28,118 nucleotides of DNA, taken from Acidimicrobiia bacterium (GTDB lineage: Bacteria > Actinomycetota > Acidimicrobiia > IMCC26256 > JAENVU01). Position 1 is the stretch's first letter. Each line of letters starts with the position of its first letter. Location: assembly GCA_038209455.1 (NCBI GenBank), contig JBBQXR010000001.1, positions 1 through 28,118 of the forward strand, given 5' to 3'. Made by a program: the position numbers and the translations under genes. The notes under the pieces were generated by a model that was given only the letters and a program-made list of their open reading frames with translations, ran no database searches and was not told the origin of the DNA. Positions 23,667-28,118 of this stretch are shown here, one piece after another.

Positions 23667-24090
23667 ACGGATTCGCATCGACGCGTCGATCGACGAGTGT
23701 CTGGCCGTCGTGCTCGACTTCGAGAACTACCCGACCTGGGCGCGCGACCTCAAGCAGGTGACGATCCAGGAGCGCGACGCCGAAGGACGCGGCGCGCTCG
23801 TCGAGTTCCGAGCCGCGGCCATGGGCCAGAGCTTCAAGTACGTCCTGAAGTACGACTATGCGGCCATGCCGGATTCGTTCTCATGGGTGCTCGACTCGGG
23901 TGAGAAGTTGCGCCAACTCGACGGCACCTACCGCTTCGAACCCGAGGACGCCGCGACCCGCGTCCACTACGACCTCGTGGTCGACCTCTCGATCCCGCTC
24001 CCCGGGCTCATCAAGCGGCGCGCGGCCGGCATGATCATGGGCACCGCGTTGCGGGAGTTGAAGAAGGCAGTCGAGGGCGCGCGGCAGTAA
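23647..24090 (+). CDS. SRPBCC/START-like (cyclase/dehydrase) lipid-binding protein
   Basis: VVLDFENYPTW, QLDGTYRF, V.YDL.VD...PLPGLIKRRA; AAGGGGG RBS before the ATG at 23647. Confidence 0.9.
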   Translation: MAEHANERIRIDASIDECLAVVLDFENYPTWARDLKQVTIQERDAEGRGALVEFRAAAMGQSFKYVLKYDYAAMPDSFSWVLDSGEKLRQLDGTYRFEPEDAATRVHYDLVVDLSIPLPGLIKRRAAGMIMGTALRELKKAVEGARQ

Positions 24091-24101
24091 CCTGCGCCGT
24101 C

Positions 24102-24479
24102 ATGCGTGATCCCGGCACCCCACGCCGTAACCCCTTCTTCGAGCACGGCGCCGATGCGGCGACCGACGACCCGGGCATGGGTTGGCGCGACCCGGCGGCA
24201 GACCACGCGGACGAAGCAACGGCCGCGCCCGTGGGTGCGGCGGCCGGCGGATTCGCCACGTTGCTCGCCCTGGTGGAGGGGCTGAGCGAGGCGCAACCGG
24301 AGGCGGCCGAGCACTTGGTGGCGGCGGCCCACGAAGTGGTGTTGACGGTCAAGGTGCTCGTCGATGCGACCGAGGCGGTCCTGGCGCAGCAGCGGGAGGC
24401 CATGCACGAGCGGAACTCGCTGCGTCCCGATGCGGACGCCGCCGACGTGTCGTACCTGCACCGAAACCAAGAGTCGTGA
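24102..24479 (+). CDS. Hypothetical protein, SCO2127/DUF5304-like by position and motif
   Basis: Helical core QPEAAEHLVAAAHEVV; stop overlaps the glucokinase start (GTGA). Confidence 0.7.
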   Translation: MRDPGTPRRNPFFEHGADAATDDPGMGWRDPAADHADEATAAPVGAAAGGFATLLALVEGLSEAQPEAAEHLVAAAHEVVLTVKVLVDATEAVLAQQREAMHERNSLRPDADAADVSYLHRNQES

Positions 24480-25447
24480 CGGGGCGCGTCGGCATCGGCC
24501 TCGACATCGGCGGCACCAAGGTGCTCGGCGCGATCGTCGACGATGTCGGAAGCGTCATCGATGAGCATCGGGTCCCGTCGCCCACCGGGTCGTGGGCCGG
24601 TCTCCTCGACGCCATCGTCACGACGACCGCCGAGTTGCGGTCCCGGCGTCCGGATGTCGTCACGGTCGGCATCGGCGCCGCGGGCATGGTCGACCTCGAC
24701 GGGGCGATCCATTACGCGCCGAATGTTCCCGCCTTCCGTTCCACTGCGGTACGCGCCGACGTTCAGCAGGCGATCGGTCTGCCGACCGTCGTCGACAACG
24801 ATGCCAACGTCGCGGCGTACGCCGAGGTCCGCTTCGGTGCGGCGCGGGGGATGTCGGACGCGATGGTGATCACGCTCGGCACCGGGATCGGCGGTGGCGT
24901 CGTCGTCGGCGGCAAGGTGCTGCGCGGCGCGCACGGATTTGCGGCCGAGGTCGGGCACTTCCAGATCGACCCCAACGGTCCCATGTGCGCCTGCGGTGAA
25001 CGCGGGCATTGGGAGGCCATCGCTTCGGGCACCGCCCTCGGACAGATGGCGCGGGATGCGGTGGCGCGCGGTGAACTCGCGGCGGTACTCGAGGCGGCGG
25101 GCGGGGACGTCACGGCGGTCGCCGGTCCCCACGTCTCCGCAGCCGGTCACGCGGGCGACGCCGAGGCGCTCGCGCTGATCGACGCCTACTCCTTCAACGT
25201 CGCGATCGGTCTCGTCGGACTTGCCAATATCTTCGATCCCGGTGTCATCGCGATCGCGGGTGGCCTCGTGAACGACGGCGAGTTGTTCCTCGGACCGATC
25301 CGCCGTCACTTCCTCGGCCACGTCGAGGGCGCGACCTACCGGCCGACCCCCGAGATCGTTCCGGCGACCCTCGGCGAGCGGGCCGGGGTGATCGGCGCGG
25401 CGATCCTCGCCCTCGACACCGCGACGCCCGAGACGACGTCGGCATGA
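24476..25447 (+). CDS. glkA: ROK family glucokinase (GlkA-like)
   Basis: GLDIGGTK, DNDANVAA, TLGTGIGGG, EVGH, CACG..GHWE, ERAGVIGAA; GTG start at 24476. Confidence 0.88.
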   Translation: MTGRVGIGLDIGGTKVLGAIVDDVGSVIDEHRVPSPTGSWAGLLDAIVTTTAELRSRRPDVVTVGIGAAGMVDLDGAIHYAPNVPAFRSTAVRADVQQAIGLPTVVDNDANVAAYAEVRFGAARGMSDAMVITLGTGIGGGVVVGGKVLRGAHGFAAEVGHFQIDPNGPMCACGERGHWEAIASGTALGQMARDAVARGELAAVLEAAGGDVTAVAGPHVSAAGHAGDAEALALIDAYSFNVAIGLVGLANIFDPGVIAIAGGLVNDGELFLGPIRRHFLGHVEGATYRPTPEIVPATLGERAGVIGAAILALDTATPETTSA

Positions 25448-26268
25448 AGATCGGCTTGACGCTCCCGTCGTTCACCGAGGATCCCGAGGTGCCCCTGCGC
25501 GTCGCCGCCGCGGCCGAAGCTGCGGGCATCGACGGCATCTTCGTCTATGACCACCTGTTCCGGCTGGACCAGCACGGCGAGATGCGGCCCGCGCTCGAGT
25601 GCCTGGCGCTCCTCGGCGCGCTGGCGGCCGAGACCGAGCGGATCATCCTGGGCACGCTCGTCGTGCGGGCTTCGCTGCGGCCGCCCGCCACGTTGGCGGT
25701 CGCACTCGACACCGTCGTCCGCATCGCCGGGCCACGGGTCGTGGTCGGTATCGGTGCCGGAGACGAGGAGAGCCGGCCGGAGATGGACACCTTCGGCCTC
25801 GACATGGGGACCGAACTGGACCGGGTCAAGCGGCTGCGGGCGTCGTTGCGCGAACTGGCAGGTCGTCCGTACCCGGCGTGGGTCGGTGGTCGCGCCCGTC
25901 ATGTCGGACTCATCGCGGCTGAGGGCGCCGCCGGTTGGAACCGCTGGGGTGCCGACCTCGAGCATTTCGCCGCCGAGGCGACCGAAGTCGGGCGGTTGGT
26001 CGAGCGGCTCAATCCCGATCCCGCGAGCTTCACCATGAGTTGGGGTGGTCTGGTCGTGCTCGACCGGGACGACGACACCGCCCAGGAGAAGGCCCACCGG
26101 CTCGGCGCGAGCGGGTCGACTCTCGTCGGCGGCCCATCGACCATTGCGGCCGCCGTCGCGCGTTATCGGGATGCGGGTGCCGAGTGGGTGATCCTCGGGC
26201 CGATCGACTCGACCGACCCGGTGAATGCCGCGTTGATCGGCGAGGAGATCGTCGCCCGCGTGCGTTGA
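25444..26268 (+). CDS. Luciferase-like (LLM) flavin/F420-dependent oxidoreductase
   Basis: MKIGLTLP, IFVYDHL, LGALAAETERIILGTLV, GIGAG; ATGA overlap with glk. Confidence 0.88.
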   Translation: MKIGLTLPSFTEDPEVPLRVAAAAEAAGIDGIFVYDHLFRLDQHGEMRPALECLALLGALAAETERIILGTLVVRASLRPPATLAVALDTVVRIAGPRVVVGIGAGDEESRPEMDTFGLDMGTELDRVKRLRASLRELAGRPYPAWVGGRARHVGLIAAEGAAGWNRWGADLEHFAAEATEVGRLVERLNPDPASFTMSWGGLVVLDRDDDTAQEKAHRLGASGSTLVGGPSTIAAAVARYRDAGAEWVILGPIDSTDPVNAALIGEEIVARVR

Positions 26269-26271
26269 GCG

Positions 26272-26874
26272 CTAGTCGATCCCGGGCGCCAGTAGCAGGC
26301 GGGCCGCGGTCGTGAGGTCGAGATCCATCTGCACGGTGTCGAGCGTGCCGCCGACCCAGGCCGAGAGCACCGCGAGCCACACATAACCGAGCGTGCGCAC
26401 GACGCCGTCCGGATCGCCGATGTCGGCACCCGCGACCGCCGTCGTGATGATGGCCCGCAGGATCGTCTCCACCTCGTGCTTGTACGGCGCGGTGTCACCC
26501 TCGGGCGAGGTGAGTGCGATGACCAACGCGGCGGTCAGGTCCGGGCGGCGCGCCAGCGCGCGGGTGGCACGGTGCAGCACGTCGGCGGTGCGTGCGGCCG
26601 CGTCAATACCCTCGGGCGGACGCTGCGCCATGCGCTCGCGCAGAGCGTCCGCCTGTTCCGCGAGTGCGGCCAGCAGGAGGTGGTCCTTCGACGGGTAGTG
26701 GCGGTAGAGGGTGCCCAACGCGACCTCGGCCCGGGCCGCAACGTCTCGCATCTGCACCGCTTCGTAGCCGCCGTTCACGGCCAACTCGACCGCCGCCGCA
26801 ACCATCCGCGCCCGGCGCGCCGCGGTCTCCTGGTCGCGTTCGGACCTGGTGTCTGTGTTGGCCGCCCCGGTCAT
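26272..26874 (-). CDS. kstR: KstR-like TetR family regulator (200 aa)
   Basis: GGYEAVQMRDVAARAEVALGTLYRHYPSKDHLL and C-terminal VWLAVLSAW match my recollection of KstR; start trimmed to the ATG at 26874. Orthology is unconfirmed. Confidence 0.75.
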   Translation of the reverse strand: MTGAANTDTRSERDQETAARRARMVAAAVELAVNGGYEAVQMRDVAARAEVALGTLYRHYPSKDHLLLAALAEQADALRERMAQRPPEGIDAAARTADVLHRATRALARRPDLTAALVIALTSPEGDTAPYKHEVETILRAIITTAVAGADIGDPDGVVRTLGYVWLAVLSAWVGGTLDTVQMDLDLTTAARLLLAPGID

Positions 26875-26894
26875 GGGCGCGCACCCTAGTGGGG

Positions 26895-26908
26895 TAGAAC
26901 GCGTTCTT
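26895..26908. promoter_or_regulatory. KstR-type operator TAGAACGCGTTCTT
   Basis: Matches TnnAACnnGTTnnA except for one terminal base; the inner 12 bp is a perfect palindrome; 20 nt upstream of the kstR-like ATG. Confidence 0.75.
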
Positions 26909-26909
26909 G

Positions 26910-27857
26910 CTACGACGTCGGGAGCCCGACGAGCGGGCGCTCCTGGAGCCGACGGAGGGTGGTCTCGCGCGCCTGTTCCACCACCGCGGCCGTGCGAGTG
27001 GTGTCCATGCCCTTGCCGCCCATCACCGCGATGTCGGCCGCGCTGGGCTGGAAGGTCACGACCGTCATCCCGGCCCGCCGCAACCGGCGCGCCTCCTGGC
27101 CCAGGCGGGCACGGAAATGGCTGCGCGCCGCGTGGGACGGCCCTCGATGGGGCGCGTGGCGCGACGACGACATCGGCGACGACACGATGACGAGGTCGAG
27201 AGCTTCTCGACGCACGACGTCCGCGTTCGACGGACTGTGGACACCACCGTCGACGTACCGGCGACCGTGGATGGTCACGGGTGCGAAGTACCCCGGGATC
27301 GCGGAACTCGCACCGACCGCGGTGGCGACGTCGACGGTGGGCGCGTCCGAGCGACCGAACACCACGCGGCGGGTGTCGTCCATGCGCACACTGCAGATCC
27401 ACAACGGATCGGTCGGCCATTCGGTACCGGTGATGGGTCGGAGGGCGGCGGTCCACGACTCGGTGTCGATCCGACCGGTGGGGAGCGCGACGCCGAGCAG
27501 TGACTCGGGGCGGACCCGCCATGGTCTGCGGACCAGTTGGCCGACGAGGTTGCGGTGCGGCGCGCTCCAACTCCGGCGCAACGTGGGTTCGGTCCAGTCT
27601 CCGCTCGGTCCGAGCCGGCCGATCAGGTCGGCGCCCGCGGGCGTGAGTTCCTGTTGGCGCAGCAACGCCGCGAGATCGGCGGCCGAGAGACCGAGGCGCA
27701 GGTAGGTGCCACACGCCGATCCGGCGGAGGTCCCGACGACGAGTGATGCGGTGCGCGGGTCCCACCCGGTCGCCTCGAAGATCCCGGCCAGGACTCCTGC
27801 GTGATACGCCTGACCCGTCAACCCACCGGCGCCGAGGACGAGTCCGATGCCGGCCAT
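26910..27857 (-). CDS. Patatin-like phospholipase
   Basis: LVLGAGG (GxGxxG), GTSAG (GxSxG), YVDGG; start trimmed to the ATG at 27857. Confidence 0.93.
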   Translation of the reverse strand: MAGIGLVLGAGGLTGQAYHAGVLAGIFEATGWDPRTASLVVGTSAGSACGTYLRLGLSAADLAALLRQQELTPAGADLIGRLGPSGDWTEPTLRRSWSAPHRNLVGQLVRRPWRVRPESLLGVALPTGRIDTESWTAALRPITGTEWPTDPLWICSVRMDDTRRVVFGRSDAPTVDVATAVGASSAIPGYFAPVTIHGRRYVDGGVHSPSNADVVRREALDLVIVSSPMSSSRHAPHRGPSHAARSHFRARLGQEARRLRRAGMTVVTFQPSAADIAVMGGKGMDTTRTAAVVEQARETTLRRLQERPLVGLPTS

Positions 27858-27861
27858 GCCC

Positions 27862-28118
27862 TCAGTCTGGCGCGTCGGTCGCGTCCGCGGCCGGATCACC
27901 GGCGACCGTGCGACCGAAGTACTCGGCGGCGAGACGAGGGTCGATGGTGACGAAGAGCCCCTCGGCCACCGCAGTCTGCACACCGTCCACATGCATTTCG
28001 GCCGAGGCGACGATACGCCGGCCCTCGACCCGGTCGGTGCGCCCCCGGATCTCCACCGGCCGGTGGAGCGGCGTGGGCTTGAGGTAGCGGATGGTCAGCC
28101 GGCCGGTCATGCCGGGAT
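27862..28118 (-). CDS. PaaI-type hot-dog thioesterase, C-terminal part (truncated by the window edge)
   Basis: TGRLTIRYLKPTPL...AEGLFV. Confidence 0.8.
   Translation of the reverse strand, partial: PGMTGRLTIRYLKPTPLHRPVEIRGRTDRVEGRRIVASAEMHVDGVQTAVAEGLFVTIDPRLAAEYFGRTVAGDPAADATDAPD

Noticed and set aside
22089-23678. 529-aa minus-strand Arg/Pro-rich ORF
   Set aside because: Off-frame overlap of three better-supported genes; composition typical of GC-rich non-coding frames
26875-27765. Apparent long N-terminal extension of the KstR-like protein (497-aa track ORF)
   Set aside because: Out-of-frame overlap with the patatin gene; the operator and -10 lie directly before the ATG at 26874
1-28118. 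CRISPR array, tRNA/rRNA, IS or prophage
   Set aside because: No regularly spaced repeats, RNA-gene signatures, transposase/integrase motifs or evident compositional island; the three intergenic repeat copies are dispersed, not arrayed

Overview
High-GC actinobacterial window, probably Acidimicrobiia (an inference from gene content and style, not a database result). It holds about 34 densely packed genes. I saw no tRNA, rRNA, CRISPR array or transposase. The left two-thirds (1-19.6 kb) is an acyl-CoA/lipid or ring-compound catabolic region: two thiolase-fold proteins, a DUF35 OB-fold partner, two non-canonical crotonases, two SDRs, a hot-dog protein, an ADP-forming acyl-CoA ligase, a two-domain family III CoA-transferase, an amidohydrolase, a ferredoxin plus reductase, and TetR, MerR and MarR regulators. 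The right third is a conserved actinobacterial neighbourhood (pimB'-like GT4, SRPBCC, SCO2127-like, ROK glucokinase), followed by a KstR-like regulator, a patatin and a thioesterase. Four signals missing from or not explained by the ORF track stand out. (1) A complete small transcription unit divergent from the MerR gene: promoter, perfect dyad, 51-aa ORF and terminator. (2) A modular intergenic repeat in three places, whose shared hairpin shows a compensatory base-pair change. (3) One copy of that repeat forms a 34-codon ORF stop/start-coupled at both ends inside an operon (MIRU-like). (4) A KstR-like gene with a near-consensus KstR box in its own promoter. All counts and alignments were done by eye and need computational confirmation.
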